Shown piece by piece: positions 43,801-56,542 of a DNA stretch of 64,000 bases. Each line of letters starts with the position of its first letter. Position 1 is the first letter of the stretch. A program made the position numbers and the translations under genes. Below the pieces are notes generated by a model, which saw only the letters and a list, made by a program, of their open reading frames with translations, was not told the DNA's origin and did no database searches. The stretch is from Setoptus koraiensis (lineage: Eukaryota > Animalia > Arthropoda): contig CM106585.1 of the NCBI GenBank assembly GCA_048013815.1, forward strand, positions 16,244,001-16,308,000, in the 5' to 3' direction.

Positions 43801-45165
43801 TTTAGTTGTGATCCACTGGGCTGGCTGGTTTGCGTGGGGACATGTGCCGACCGAGAGCTACAAGTCTATTGGGTTGTGTTGGTGCGCACCATTTTAGTAT
43901 CGGTTGAATCTGTGGAATAACAAACACTAACAGCGAGGTTACAGTGAGTGTTGTAAAACATGCGCATTGCTTCGAATGGCCTGTAGATTACCACAAGTGT
44001 GCGAACTAGTGTAGTTGAAGTTCTGTCCCCCGTCGGCGAATTAATCGACTGATATCGCTCGCTCGCTCCGTTTGCCGGGTGCGACGATCAATTTGGCCAG
44101 CTCAACATCGCTCTGTGCAGGCTTATCAACGCATAATCTGTGCAGCAGATGCACCAAGACGCCGCGTATGAGCGTCGCGCGGAATTGGTTGGCTTGATGG
44201 GCAGCACTAACAATGTGATTCGTGATTCACCAAAGAGTGAGTGCAACAACTCACACTGATTCTCGAGCGCATGCGCCCAAACTGAAAAAAAAAAATGCAT
44301 CAACCGCGTGCTCATGCAATAGCGAAAGTAAGTTGCGAACAGATGACTGACTGCACTAGCGGTTTTCGGGGTATCCCGCGGCAAACATTCAGCGATTCGA
44401 CACAGGCCGAATCATTGCACGCCTACCCTGTCCGCGCCTACCCACTCGCGCCTCCTACCCTCTCTGATGGTCACTTTGTTTGTTTGAGGGGCAACGATGA
44501 AACGCGAGTCGCGAACACAAGTTTCAACCTTGAAACTGGGGCACCTTTGGCGCCCATGAAACGGGTAGCGCGACCATTGATTGAAAGCGCGATGAAAGGG
44601 CGTGTGCGCGATGCAAGCATGTGACGCGATGAAACGGGGTAGAGAGCCGATTTTTGTTGCTTGCATTGTTCCTCTCCCCTCGTTTGCTCCCTCGTTGAGC
44701 GTTCGTCTGCCAAATGATTCAACTGTTCAACTGTGGCTGCTACTGTAATTATTATTCCATGCACCATGTTGCCCTCAGATTACCTCTATAACCTATTGGT
44801 GGTGGGCCCTTTTCTACATTATAACGTACACACTTAAGCGCCAGACTCATTAGCAAAATACTTTAGTCGGCAACTGTATCCATTGGCGACCACTCTAATC
44901 CTCTTATCTATCTTAAACCCCTTGGAGCCAAACGCATCGATCGGCCTTATTCGCCAGTATTCAACCCGTAACACGCCAATCTTTTGTTGCTGATTATTGT
45001 CTCGCCATCATTGGATTCGACAACTAGACAGCGCCAAGCGTCTAAATGACACCGCGTGATCACCAGCACCCGTCCTATTTGTGATGCACCATAACTATTA
45101 CTATAGTATAATTTAATTATTACTAATACCATTGTTCCAGTTGAACAAGCGCTCAATCTACCACC

Positions 45166-48100
45166 ATGTCCATTAAAACAACCCAGGCATCCAAGCTGTA
45201 CCAGGCCGACTTGTATGACGCTGTCAAGAACGATAACAGCATAGTATGTCTCGGTTCAGACAGGGCCAAAACATTTATATTTCTCATGACAATCAAAAAT
45301 CGGGCCAATGAACTACATAAATATTACAATCAAGCTAATGTGGATAGTCATACAATTGACTCAAAGTTGACACTCATAATTGAGCCGGAAAATAGCCTAG
45401 CGGAGAGGCGTGCTCAACTCATTAATGATCACACTGAATTGTCATTGGTTAATCTATTTCAGCTTCCTGAGGACTCTCACATTGATGAACTCAATAAGAG
45501 GGTAACCTGCAATCAGATCATCATTATTAGCGCGCATCAACTTCAGAGAATGCTCGAAAATGACACCGACTCCCTTAAAAAACGTATCAATTTGATCATA
45601 TTTGATCATGCTCATTTATTGCTTGAATCTCGCCCTGTCACCTCAGCTATCTCCAAGATAATGGAAAACTTCAAGGTTCAACAAGGGAGTTTAACTAAAA
45701 CAACTGTGCCAGTTCTAGTTCTTATGTGCAGTCTTATTACTAATCAAATTGAACCCTACCCATCCACCACAACACAATTGATCGCGTCACTTGAAGACTT
45801 GTTTGCATCGAAATGCGAAACTTTAAGCGATCTCAGATCCCTAAACAAGCAGTTGTCCGAACCAATCATGAAAGTAATTGAATTCAGATCGTCGCAGGTG
45901 GATCTTTGTGACTGGTTTCTGCTTGTGGATGCGCTATTGAAGGATTTTTGCGAATTTATTCTAGCCGAAAAATCGGAAACAGGCAAAGAAAAGATGCCAA
46001 ATGTCAAATCCGAAATAGACGATCCATTAGGCATTGATCTTGATTTGTTAAAGATCGGCGGTGAGACTAAAGGATTGATTAGGGAAACTTTATTAAACAA
46101 ATCGAAGCAACTACTACTCATTCAATCCTGTCTATCAGATCTGTTATATGCAATGCACTGCTTGGGATATTGGTGTACCAAGACCACAATTCATTTGTAC
46201 CTGACAGAGTTTGCCCGATTATTGGAACTGCCAACAGAACAAGACAACCCTCCAGCGAATCTGATCTCAGCTACTACGACAATGTTAAATTGTCTATATG
46301 GCCGCCTCGATTCACTCTCAGAATATTTCCATGCAATACCACATGACGATTGCTATGTCGACGACATTTTAAAGAAGAATCACTCACCTGAACAGCCAAG
46401 TACATCTTCAGATTTCGATGAGTGTCCCAAGGAGGATATTGTTGAAGAAAAATTACTATATGGAATATCTCCTCAATTGAAAGCGTTACTGTCTATATTG
46501 ATGAAGTACAAGCAGTGTGAAGCTTTTCAGAAATTCGGTTCTGACAAAAATGCCCACACAAATAGATCCGTTAATCAGGGATACAATACTTCGGTGCAGT
46601 CAAGACCTCTCTGTGGTTTAGTTTACGTGAAACGTCGTGTGATAGCTAAAGTGATAGCCCTTTGGCTGTATAAGCTGTCAACTCGAATTGAAGATTTTAA
46701 TTTCATCAAGCCCGACTATATTGTAGGTACTTCGAGAAAACATCGTAACAGATTGGCTGTGGATAATTTTGATCTGCATCACGAAGCTGCAATAAGGAAC
46801 TTCCGCTTTGGTGAATGCAATTTATTAGTCACATCAACCATTTGTGAGAAAGGAACAGACATGCGGTGCAACTTAGTTGTATCTTTTGATTTGCCACAGA
46901 ACTTTGCTGATTTTATTTATGCTAAAGGTAGTTCGAGGTCAGAATCGGGAAAATACGTAGTGCTTCTTGATAACCTCGCGGATCAAGAATCAAAGAAAAG
47001 GCTTGTGGGTTTCATGAATCTAGAATTGTTGCTCAGTAATATTAATCGGAAACAATCTGGTCCAGATCCAGAGGACAATCAAGAAATAATAGACTCAATT
47101 AATATGCTATGTCCTCTCAAATATAAGACACCCTATCCTAGCGAAAATACTAGGAATGCAGCAACAATCTGGAACAGTATAAGCACAATATATAAATACT
47201 GCGCTCGATTACCAAGCGACTCATTCACTAAACTATCGCCAGAATGGACAATCAAAGAACTTCCAACCAAAACATCTGAGAGACTCTATTATTGCGAAGT
47301 CCGTTTACCGATTAACTCTCCCGTTCGTCAGACTGTTATTGGACCTGTAGTGTCGAACAAAAATCTTGCTCTTCGTACAGCCGCTTATAAGACCTGCTGT
47401 GTTCTACGTGAATCTCAAGAACTAGATGATAACCTGCTACCCATCACGAGAGACTCCCTTCGCTCGATTCATAGTTCCCTAAATTCAGAGACCAAGTCTA
47501 CTCGTGTGAACCCAACCACCAATGTAAGGGAGAGGCGATCTCGTCGAGGCCAAGCCATTGGTTCAACAAGACATAGACAGTATTATCAGAAGATGACAGC
47601 CAAAGCTTTTAGCGGCCCTCTGCCCACCTCTGACAGTCCATGCTTCTTATACAAGTTTTCGATGATTTTGACTTGTCCAATCCCTGACGAACAGAACAGA
47701 CGAGGACGGCGTGTAGTTGATCCTGCTGAGACATTTCGAAACTTTGCTATTATATGTAGTAGAAAGTTACCGAAAATATGCTCATTCCCTGTTTTCACGA
47801 GATCTGGAGAAGTCCTAATATCTTTAGAACTGATAGATAGTGAATTCTATCTTAGCTACGAGCAAATAGAAAATTTGAAAGCATTCCATGAGTTTACCTT
47901 CTCAAAAGTTTTACGTCTAAAGCGTTATCCTATTAGGTTCGAGCCTGAAAAGAGTTCATTCGCAGTGCTGCTAGCGCCTGTATTAGATATGAAACTTACT
48001 ACACAAGATAAAATTGAAGCTAAGATTGATTGGGAATTTGTAGATAAAATAGTAAAACTTGGAGATTGCCATGCGCACATCCCTTCCGAAGAAGAGAGGC

Positions 48101-51100
48101 TTAATTTCAAGTTTAACTATAACGACTACGTTGATGCTGTTGTAATTCCATGGTATAGAACTACAGACATACTGCAGTTCGCGTATTATGTCGCCGAAAT
48201 ATGTTCCGACCTTACCCCTAACAGCCCCTTCCCCGATGAAACAAGTGGCTATAAAACATTTACTGAATATTATGAGACTAAGTACAATCTCAAAGTTTAC
48301 CACTCTAACCAACCTGTACTTGATGTTGATCATACATCAGCCCGGCTTAACCTACTGACTCCCCGTTATGTCAACAGAAAAGGCATAACATTGCCTTCAA
48401 GCACCGCCAAAACCAGGAGAGAGTCTCGTGAAAGTTTGGTCCAAAAGCAGTTGCTCATACCAGAATTGTGCTCCATCCACCCATTCCCTGCATCCTTCTG
48501 GAGAAAGGCTGTCTGTTTGCCTTGCATATTTTACAGACTTAATTCTTTGTTTCTGGCAGAAGAACTTAGAAGGGATGTTGCTGATGCGACAGGTGTTGGA
48601 TTCATAGAACCTCCTCATGATTTTAAGTGGGAGCCACTAGACTTTGGATGGTCGTTGCGTGACGTAATAAATATGCAATCTGTGGAAGACGAAGATAAAC
48701 TGAAGGCAATAGACTATTCGGATGATCTCAGCAAACGAAACAGTTCTTTTGATAAGAGAAGTCCAGGTGAGTCCTGTAGTTCTGCTTTGGTTTCAGTGAA
48801 CCGATCTCTGGAAATAGAGAGCACAAAGAAAAGACGACCTAAGAAACAAGTAATAATTCAAGAACCTGTGCAACTCGAAGAAGACTTTGTTATAGATCAT
48901 TTTGATCCAACTAAAGTAGTTATACCAGACGTGTCCATGGAGGAGCCGTTGCAAGACTGGATGAATATAAAGCTCATCTCAAGTACTGTTACCGATGATA
49001 AGGATGGAGGTCCTCAGGGTTGGGACCAGCCAATTGTTCAGAGAGATCTCTATTTAGAGGAGGATGATCAAGCTACCTGGAGTGACTGCGAAATGGAGTT
49101 CGATGGCGAGGTCACGGAGCGAGTTGGTCAAATACGATGTGGTTCGCCCAGTGCTTTTGAATCTACCAGGACCAACGCTAATGCTTTTGATACCAATAAC
49201 AGTGATTTTGCAAATGCTGGCCTGTTGTCAATCAAATCATTCACATGCAAACAAAGTGATGTTGAACCTTCGGATGATGACAGTTCGTGGTCTGGATCAG
49301 AAGAAGGGACTCCAGAGAACGTTGCAGATGCTGATATCGAGCCTGGTCCGATAAGATATGGTGAATGGAAAGACAGCAAAGTTCAAAACCCTCCGCTACT
49401 TCGAGAAATATTCGTTCCTTGTGCACAAGTTAAGATTTGTCTTGACAGCGATGTCATCAAAACTGTCCACGACAATTTGATTGACCAATCCGAGCTTTCA
49501 CTCTTAAAGGATGCTGCAAACTTCCATCATATAACATCTAGATTCAAATGTTTACTCACAGTAGACAGTGAAACGTTCGACGGTAAAGCATCGAATGCAT
49601 TGATAACTGTACTTGAGCAACTATTTTCCGTCAACTGGACAGAAACCACGGCGAAACTTGATCTCAGTTCTGTTTCCGAAAGTTGGTACAAAATTATGCA
49701 ACAATTAGAGATGAATGTCACACAAACAATGATCAACGAACCGGATTTATTTGCAGATAATGCTGTAGATCTATCTCCAGTCAAAGACAGCATGAGTGGA
49801 ATGTACGATGATGATTTAGCAGACGTAGCAGATAGAATATTGCATAAGCCAACATTCGGTGAACTTCTACCAAATCGTGACCAATCTAGTCTAGATATGT
49901 CAAGTCGGGATACCTCCATTAAATTTACTGTCGGAACCGACAGCAATGATGATACTGACACGAGCGAATCAGAAACTTGGAAGAATATCCGCTTCGATCC
50001 AATCAAAGAAGAAAGAAATTCAATGGGCCCTAGCCCGAGTGTCATTTTACACGCGTTGACTATGTCGAACGCTAGTGACGGTATCAACTTGGAACGTTTA
50101 GAGACAGTTGGAGATTCTTTCCTCAAATATTCTATCACCGCCTATCTTTATTGTGTTTGTCCGTCAATGCACGAGGGAAAACTGTCGTTTTTGAGAAGTA
50201 GAGAAATAAGCAACTTGAATCTCTATAAGTTGGGCTTGGCGAAAAATTTAGGCGCAATGATGTCCGCAACAAAATTTGAGCCAAATGACAACTGGCTCGC
50301 CCCCGGCTATGTTGTTGGATCAACTGATATGGAAGCCGGTGATGAATTTTACAAAGAGAGTAGTATCAGTTTTGTCGATGATGACTGGAGCGGCAAAAGG
50401 AGAGAAATAGATAGAGCACTTGCTGAAGTACCTTATGACCTGCTCCTTCAGCACTCTATTCCAGATAAGAGTATTGCTGACTGTGTCGAGGCTTTAATTG
50501 GAGCTTATCTGACAGCGTCTGGATCCAGAGCGGCTATACTGTTTATGCAATGGTTAGGCTTAAAGGTTATACCTTCCACTTTTGATTCATCTATTAACGA
50601 CAATCCAGAATCTAGCTCAGACCAAATATGGAGATGGTTGAAGATTCCACCATCACCATTGATTGTATTACCAGCATCTATTGAAACGGATCTAGAGCCA
50701 CATGTCGAAGACAACAGGGATATGGAAACTCTGCGGGAAGCGGCCAAACATGAACTCGATTGGCATTATTATTCCGGCTCTTTAGATGTATTTGAAAAAG
50801 CCATAGGTTACACGTTCAACGACAAAGCCTATCTTGTTCAAGCGTTCACACACAACTCTTATTACGAGAATAGAATCACTGATTGTCATCAAAGATTGGA
50901 GTTTTTAGGTGATGCTTTGCTAGATTATTTGATAACTAGATATTTGTTCGAAGACCCCAAATGCCACTCGCCAGGCACACTTACAGATTTACGTTCAGCT
51001 CTAGTCAACAATACTTTTTTTGCCTCATTGGCTGTCAAGTACAACTTTCATAAATATCTCAAGTACATTTCTGATGAATTATTCCATGTTATCGACGGAT

Positions 51101-51570
51101 TTGTCAGGCGCTTTCAATCGGATGCTGAGATGACTACGAAAGGCTACACACTATTGATAGCAGAAGGGGAAAGCGAGTATGCCGAAGATATTGAGGTGCC
51201 TAAAGCGTTAGGTGATGTGTTTGAGTCGGTGGCGGGCGCAATTTACTTGGATAGTGGCATGTCATTAGATACTGTGTGGCAGGTATATTTTCGTATGATG
51301 CGGCCCGAAATAGATTACTTCAGATGTCATGTTCCTAAATCACCTATTAGAGAATTATTAGAGAGTATGCCTCAAAACGTTCGATTTAGCCCATCTGATC
51401 TGGCACCCGATCGTAAGCATAGAGTTATAGCGGAAGTGTTTGGATTGGGTCGATTCATAGGAGTTGGCAGGAATAAGCATAGCGCCAAATGTACCGCAGC
51501 CAAGAGGGCTTTGCGAGCTTTAAAACTGAAAAACAGTAAAATGAATCAGGATCGTTCAGAGCAAGATTAG
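45166..51570 (+). CDS. Dcr-1: Dicer-1 (helicase-like, DUF283, PAZ, RNase IIIa, RNase IIIb, dsRBD), 2134 aa, single exon
   Basis: ERLETVGDSFLK/IADCVEALIGA (RNase IIIa), QRLEFLGDALLD/LGDVFESVAGA (RNase IIIb), KYCARLPSDSFT (DUF283), DAVVIPWYR..RLNLLTPRY (PAZ). CCACCATG start with an upstream in-frame stop. Confidence 0.95.
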   Translation: MSIKTTQASKLYQADLYDAVKNDNSIVCLGSDRAKTFIFLMTIKNRANELHKYYNQANVDSHTIDSKLTLIIEPENSLAERRAQLINDHTELSLVNLFQLPEDSHIDELNKRVTCNQIIIISAHQLQRMLENDTDSLKKRINLIIFDHAHLLLESRPVTSAISKIMENFKVQQGSLTKTTVPVLVLMCSLITNQIEPYPSTTTQLIASLEDLFASKCETLSDLRSLNKQLSEPIMKVIEFRSSQVDLCDWFLLVDALLKDFCEFILAEKSETGKEKMPNVKSEIDDPLGIDLDLLKIGGETKGLIRETLLNKSKQLLLIQSCLSDLLYAMHCLGYWCTKTTIHLYLTEFARLLELPTEQDNPPANLISATTTMLNCLYGRLDSLSEYFHAIPHDDCYVDDILKKNHSPEQPSTSSDFDECPKEDIVEEKLLYGISPQLKALLSILMKYKQCEAFQKFGSDKNAHTNRSVNQGYNTSVQSRPLCGLVYVKRRVIAKVIALWLYKLSTRIEDFNFIKPDYIVGTSRKHRNRLAVDNFDLHHEAAIRNFRFGECNLLVTSTICEKGTDMRCNLVVSFDLPQNFADFIYAKGSSRSESGKYVVLLDNLADQESKKRLVGFMNLELLLSNINRKQSGPDPEDNQEIIDSINMLCPLKYKTPYPSENTRNAATIWNSISTIYKYCARLPSDSFTKLSPEWTIKELPTKTSERLYYCEVRLPINSPVRQTVIGPVVSNKNLALRTAAYKTCCVLRESQELDDNLLPITRDSLRSIHSSLNSETKSTRVNPTTNVRERRSRRGQAIGSTRHRQYYQKMTAKAFSGPLPTSDSPCFLYKFSMILTCPIPDEQNRRGRRVVDPAETFRNFAIICSRKLPKICSFPVFTRSGEVLISLELIDSEFYLSYEQIENLKAFHEFTFSKVLRLKRYPIRFEPEKSSFAVLLAPVLDMKLTTQDKIEAKIDWEFVDKIVKLGDCHAHIPSEEERLNFKFNYNDYVDAVVIPWYRTTDILQFAYYVAEICSDLTPNSPFPDETSGYKTFTEYYETKYNLKVYHSNQPVLDVDHTSARLNLLTPRYVNRKGITLPSSTAKTRRESRESLVQKQLLIPELCSIHPFPASFWRKAVCLPCIFYRLNSLFLAEELRRDVADATGVGFIEPPHDFKWEPLDFGWSLRDVINMQSVEDEDKLKAIDYSDDLSKRNSSFDKRSPGESCSSALVSVNRSLEIESTKKRRPKKQVIIQEPVQLEEDFVIDHFDPTKVVIPDVSMEEPLQDWMNIKLISSTVTDDKDGGPQGWDQPIVQRDLYLEEDDQATWSDCEMEFDGEVTERVGQIRCGSPSAFESTRTNANAFDTNNSDFANAGLLSIKSFTCKQSDVEPSDDDSSWSGSEEGTPENVADADIEPGPIRYGEWKDSKVQNPPLLREIFVPCAQVKICLDSDVIKTVHDNLIDQSELSLLKDAANFHHITSRFKCLLTVDSETFDGKASNALITVLEQLFSVNWTETTAKLDLSSVSESWYKIMQQLEMNVTQTMINEPDLFADNAVDLSPVKDSMSGMYDDDLADVADRILHKPTFGELLPNRDQSSLDMSSRDTSIKFTVGTDSNDDTDTSESETWKNIRFDPIKEERNSMGPSPSVILHALTMSNASDGINLERLETVGDSFLKYSITAYLYCVCPSMHEGKLSFLRSREISNLNLYKLGLAKNLGAMMSATKFEPNDNWLAPGYVVGSTDMEAGDEFYKESSISFVDDDWSGKRREIDRALAEVPYDLLLQHSIPDKSIADCVEALIGAYLTASGSRAAILFMQWLGLKVIPSTFDSSINDNPESSSDQIWRWLKIPPSPLIVLPASIETDLEPHVEDNRDMETLREAAKHELDWHYYSGSLDVFEKAIGYTFNDKAYLVQAFTHNSYYENRITDCHQRLEFLGDALLDYLITRYLFEDPKCHSPGTLTDLRSALVNNTFFASLAVKYNFHKYLKYISDELFHVIDGFVRRFQSDAEMTTKGYTLLIAEGESEYAEDIEVPKALGDVFESVAGAIYLDSGMSLDTVWQVYFRMMRPEIDYFRCHVPKSPIRELLESMPQNVRFSPSDLAPDRKHRVIAEVFGLGRFIGVGRNKHSAKCTAAKRALRALKLKNSKMNQDRSEQD

Positions 51571-52796
51571 GCATGCCAAAAAAGTGATCAATATAGTGAT
51601 GTAAGCAATAACTATATGATAATGTATGTATTGTAGTCTGAGTAAAGAAGAAACCTTTTATCCCTCCATAGCAGATTGACAAGAGCAAACGGGGAATAAA
51701 CAAGCAACCCACTTCGATGCTAAAGTAACGATTTTCTCAACAAACAAAGAGTTACGCGTTCTATCACGCGACCCGCAATCCTGAGGTGTACTATGTGTCT
51801 ATCAAGTCACGTTAAAGAGTCGTCTTGGGTACATTTCATTAGTTTGATTTATTTAGTCGCGCGCCTAGAGATTGTTGAAGAGAAAAAGAGAATAGCAGAG
51901 ACAAGAAGAGGTGTGGGCTACAAAAATAATAATAAATTAAAAAAATCTCTTTTTCCATACAAATCCATTGCATTTCCGTATGAAGATGGGAACTTTTTAA
52001 CGCCATCCGGTTGTTCCCTGCAACATTTTGTTATGTGTAATGGTAGCCCGCTTCTCTATTCCAGCGTCTCTCTATTTCTCCTTCTTTCTCAAACACAATG
52101 CCTATTTCTCTTGTTGCTAATGGTATGTATGTCCCTCTGAAAGTCCAAAAGGGGCTGTCGCCTCATACAATTTACAAGGCGATATTTGTACCAAATATTC
52201 ATGGGTTAATTAAGATAACTAAACAGATTGACTAATAGAGCGACTAAATAGAGACGGTTACGTTCGTTCGCTTGCCGAGAGTATCCAATGATTGCTGTTA
52301 TTCAGTTCATGGTCACCAACGATATACATCTTAAGTGATAATAACTATCAATAACTATTAACTAGGCAAGAATTAGTTTCTAGTTTAGTTTCCACATGTA
52401 AATGAGAAATAAATGTGTGAGTGTTGTTGTTGCTGTTGTTGTTCTTTTGAAGATAATCAGTTGGACCAATCTGGAGTGTGTTTGTTTGGCTCCAATTATT
52501 ATTAGCAACTTGTCCCTAGGATTGCGTGTGCTATAAAATTACATAATTGTGTTTGTTTTGTTGTTTTCTTTAATAAACTTTGAATTGCTCTAGATAGTAA
52601 GTGGTGAAAATACATTGATTGTTTTGTGTGGTTGTTTAGTGTTGTTCAGGTTGTTTGTTGTTGTGTCTATATGGTTTTATTGTTGTGGGTCATAATGGTA
52701 GTTGCCCAAGTGTGCATATAGTAGATGAATAATAATAATGATGATGATCAGAGGAAGATTGTACTTGGAATTGGCTACTTGCTCTCACATAAGCTA

Positions 52797-53821
52797 TTAG
52801 GGCCTATTTGTTTTTCTAACTGAATTAATATCATAAACAGGCATTGTGTAAGCTATTGGCACTTGTTGTTGTTGTTGCATTGAAGCCAACATTTGTTGTT
52901 GGATCTGTTGCTGTTGTTGTTTGCTAACAGTAGTTGTGTGTTGAGGTGAGTTAGATAATTTTGAGCATTTTACGTAATTCCTTTGTCGCATATACAATGA
53001 TAATGCTACTAAACATGATATCAATAGTGTCAATACAAGTACAATAAGTGATATAACAAAATTAAACGACGACATACACACTGTGTTGCTCAAATCTAAT
53101 TGCGACGCGCCGTTATTAGACAATTGTTGTCCATCCAGTGACATTTGTGTTGATTCATTAATATTGTTCATTTGTTGTTGCTGTTGTTGAATACTGAACG
53201 CTAGATCGCCACTTGAGACCACCTGTATCACCTTGTTCAATCCAACCGATTGGGTTGCTGGTTGATGTGTTGCACTTGCGTCATATCTTGACGCTCCAAA
53301 CAATCGTCTTGCATGGTGTTGGGTTCCATTAATTAACCAATTGACGTCACGACGTTCACGGCTCAACGACACCTTTCTCAAATGTTCCTGATGCGATCCA
53401 GGCTGAGCTTGACTATTAGAATGTATGTTAAATGTGCCAGCCAGTGTAGATTCGGCAAATGAGGCCCCCTCGCTGGTGCCACCGAGCGAACATTGTTCTG
53501 GGCACTGGTGACGACAAATTTGTATGGTGCACTGAAAGTGAACCTCCATGGAATCGGGAAATTTAAATGCCTGAAAGTGTGCATAGGACAGCACTGTTGC
53601 CGATGAGCCGAAATTTTTAATTTTAGTGAATTTGCTCATCAATTTTGGCCTAGTTATGCAACCGCTCTTGTCCACCAGTTCAATGGGTCCCTTTTTGGCG
53701 TCGTGCGCAAAACAATTCCTGACCAGCATGTCGAATTTGTTTTCTTCGTCCTTGATGGCCAGCACCATTGTCATGGTCTGTCCGATTTTCACAATGCCCG
53801 CCACTTCGCTGGCCCACGGAC
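52797..53821 (-). CDS. dyl: Last exon of a dusky/dusky-like ZP-domain transmembrane cuticle protein
   Basis: GPWASEVAGIVKIGQTMTMVLAIKD...AFKFPDSMEVHFQCTIQIC matches the dusky-like ZP-C. Furin-type RERR site and a TM segment follow. Acceptor TTGACAG| at 53823-53822. ZP-N exons were not found in the window. Confidence 0.85.
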
Positions 53822-54034
53822 CTGTCAATTGGAGTGTATAATTAGAAAGTTTGCGGTTAGTACCAGTACAAGTGTGTTGTCGAGCCGATCGGCAGCATAT
53901 AAGCAAGCATGATGAACAACAAGTGTCAGCATATAAAATAGAAACAACAAGTGGCAGTATCAATGGCGAGCGGCATAATAGCCGCATGACGCAACACACA
54001 CACAATACACATGTCGCCAGCCGACGACAGGTGA

Positions 54035-54036
<2 letters not shown>

Positions 54037-54085
<49 letters not shown>
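54037..54085. repeat. (GT)n microsatellite, ~24 units
   Basis: Uninterrupted GT run. Confidence 0.95.
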
Positions 54086-54086
<1 letters not shown>

Positions 54087-56542
54087 CAGCGAGCGACTTT
54101 CTAGGAAGGCTCAGGTACAACCTGTCATCACGCAACGGTCTCATGAGCGGCTCGACAAACGGCGCTGGCCAGTTGCGGCCGGGCTGACGGGCGGCCGCAA
54201 CTGATCATTAGAGGCATTTGATGGCCATTGGCATCCATTGATTATGCAAATGGCGCGTTGATTGAGCGCAAAAGTGGAGCACACAGCGAGCAGTCAGCTG
54301 ATGCGACCCGACGACGAGCTGTGACGGCATTGAGTCGACAATCTAGTCTACAACAGGTGAGTCGATAAAAAGTGGCCCACGACAGCGAGCGTCGGCCGGC
54401 GCCGGCGCCGGCGACGCAGGCCCGTTCGTCGAGCATCGTTAGCAAGCGAGAGTCAGATATTGATAGTTGCGTAACGGTTGAGCCGCCGTCGAGGCGCCGT
54501 GTCGTAGGTGACCAGTGAGTGGACAAACGCATTTGTGGCTTTCGTGGCTTTTGTGGCCTTGGTGTGTGCATTTGGCTTGTTTACCTTGCGCCGCCAGTGG
54601 CACTTGTTGCCAGTGGCGCGATGATTGGCACCGATCATGAATGAACAAGTGAGCGAGCTGGCCAACCGGCCGCTCGCTGACAAGGGCACCGCTGACAGCT
54701 TATCATCATTTGGCATCGACAAGCGACCGCCATTTCGAACGCCGCCGCCAGTTGCCGTGACACACACACACCATGCGAGTTACGCAACAACAAGTGGCGC
54801 AACAAGTGCACTAAATCGCACAGGTAACTCATCGTCCATTGGGCATGATGATAAATGTTGTCCACAGTGCGTTGTCGGCAGCCGCGCCAGTGGAAGTAAC
54901 AAAAGTAATTTGCATGCTCCAATTGATTGCTGGCCGCACTTGTTAGTTGTTGTTACTGGCTGTGCCTGAGCCGTCGACAGCGGCAACAGTTACAAGGCAA
55001 CAGAACAAGTTACTTTTGATTAGAGGTCAATCGGCGGCGCACCGAGCGCCGGCCCGAATGAAGCCGTCATCGTCTGCGGGCAGCCGCGGTGGCATCATTA
55101 CAACCGTTGGCAAGCGCCGCTTGCATTGCCGGCATGCATTATGCACGATTACGCATCGACTCGGTGCGCCAATAATGAGCCGGCCAGCCATTACTGTTAC
55201 GTAACGGTGGCAGCGTAACGGTCGCTGCGGTGCAGTTATGTAAAACAAGGCAGCGTGTATGTTTATGACGATAGTTAATAGGCCAGCGGCGCGCTCGGGC
55301 AGCCGCCACTGGCCAGCAGCGGATCGGCTGTCGCCGGGCCGGCCAAGGTTGCCGCGCCGCTGCGCGGCCGGGCCGCCCGACGAGCCGCACGCCGGAGCGA
55401 GCCGCAAAACTAGCGAGACCGCACGGCTAAACTGGAGAGCGGCGAGCTCATTTCGGGCGCTTGTTTGTTTTACGCATCATTAATCATTAGCATCATTATC
55501 GGGCGTAATTACGGCGCGGCCTGTTCTTCTTCGCTCGCCGAGAGCGTCTGCGCGCTTTTTGCGGCCTCTTTTTGCCCGCCGCGGCCGCCTCGGCGCCGCA
55601 GTTTGCCGCTTGGTGCCGCAAATGGCCGGCGCGACGGCGCGCGCCCCAAGCGAGAGCCTGAACTGTCCTGCGACGAGTGCGCAAAGGGCTGCCCGGCCGC
55701 CGATGATCGGCCCAGATTTGCACAGTCGGGCCAAACGCCGAGTGGCGACCATCGGTGACGTTACATCACTGGACGGCAGCACGCTCTGGCGGGCACACAG
55801 CCGACGGTCGCGACGGTTGTTTTAGCAGTTTGGCGAGATCAGTTTGGCGAGCTCACTTGGCGAGCTCGTCCAGAGACTCCGAGGGCGACTGACGCGGCGA
55901 CCCGGCAGCGCCGGCGAGCCTTGTGACGTCACCGCGCGGCTCACACAGAGCGGCGGCCGCCAAAAGACGCTCGACGCCGGTTTGTTTTGCCGATGAGCCG
56001 AGTAAGCGGGTCACCGGCGAAACTGGAGCCGGCATCATGCGGATCGGGCGGCCGATTATGGCCCGGTGTGCGCTCGGCGCGGCGTCGGCGCATCTCGCAT
56101 CTCGCGTCGGCGCATCGGCGAATTGAATCGGCGAATTGGATCGGCTAACTGGAGCAACAGACAATGCTGCACCCTGCGCGATTATCATAAGTCATAGCGC
56201 TTGCGTATTACATAATATGCTGCTTACGCAATGCTCACGATGCTTGCCGCAATCATAACAGAGCGAGCCGCGAGTCGCCCGTCTCCAATTTGTTTGTGTG
56301 ACCGCCCGGCGGTGAGCCGGCCAACGTGAACACCGGCGCCTGTCAGCGGCCGCACCAGCGAATTGAAGCCAACAAATTGAAGCGATCGGGTTCGCGCACG
56401 CCAACGGATCCGCCGACCGTGGGAGTGACGCGCCGGCGCGGCGCGCAACATTGCGCAACATCATCGTTGTCGTTGTTTGGTTACTATCACTCATCATTAC
56501 TCGTTGTTACTATTGTGCCGCCGTTGCCATTGTTGTCGCTCT

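Noticed and set aside
43717-43920. Poly-Ile ORF resembling a membrane protein
   Set aside because: It is a translation of the (AAT)n microsatellite.
35948-50747. Antisense or alternate-frame ORFs overlapping the mucin-like, ADD and Dicer genes
   Set aside because: They are shadow ORFs of long coding sequences with no independent features.
53822-54005. N-terminal 61 aa of the 52797-54005 ORF (MCVCCVMRLLCRS...)
   Set aside because: ZP homology starts exactly at the AG acceptor (53823-53822). The upstream part is intron that happens to be open, despite looking like a signal peptide.
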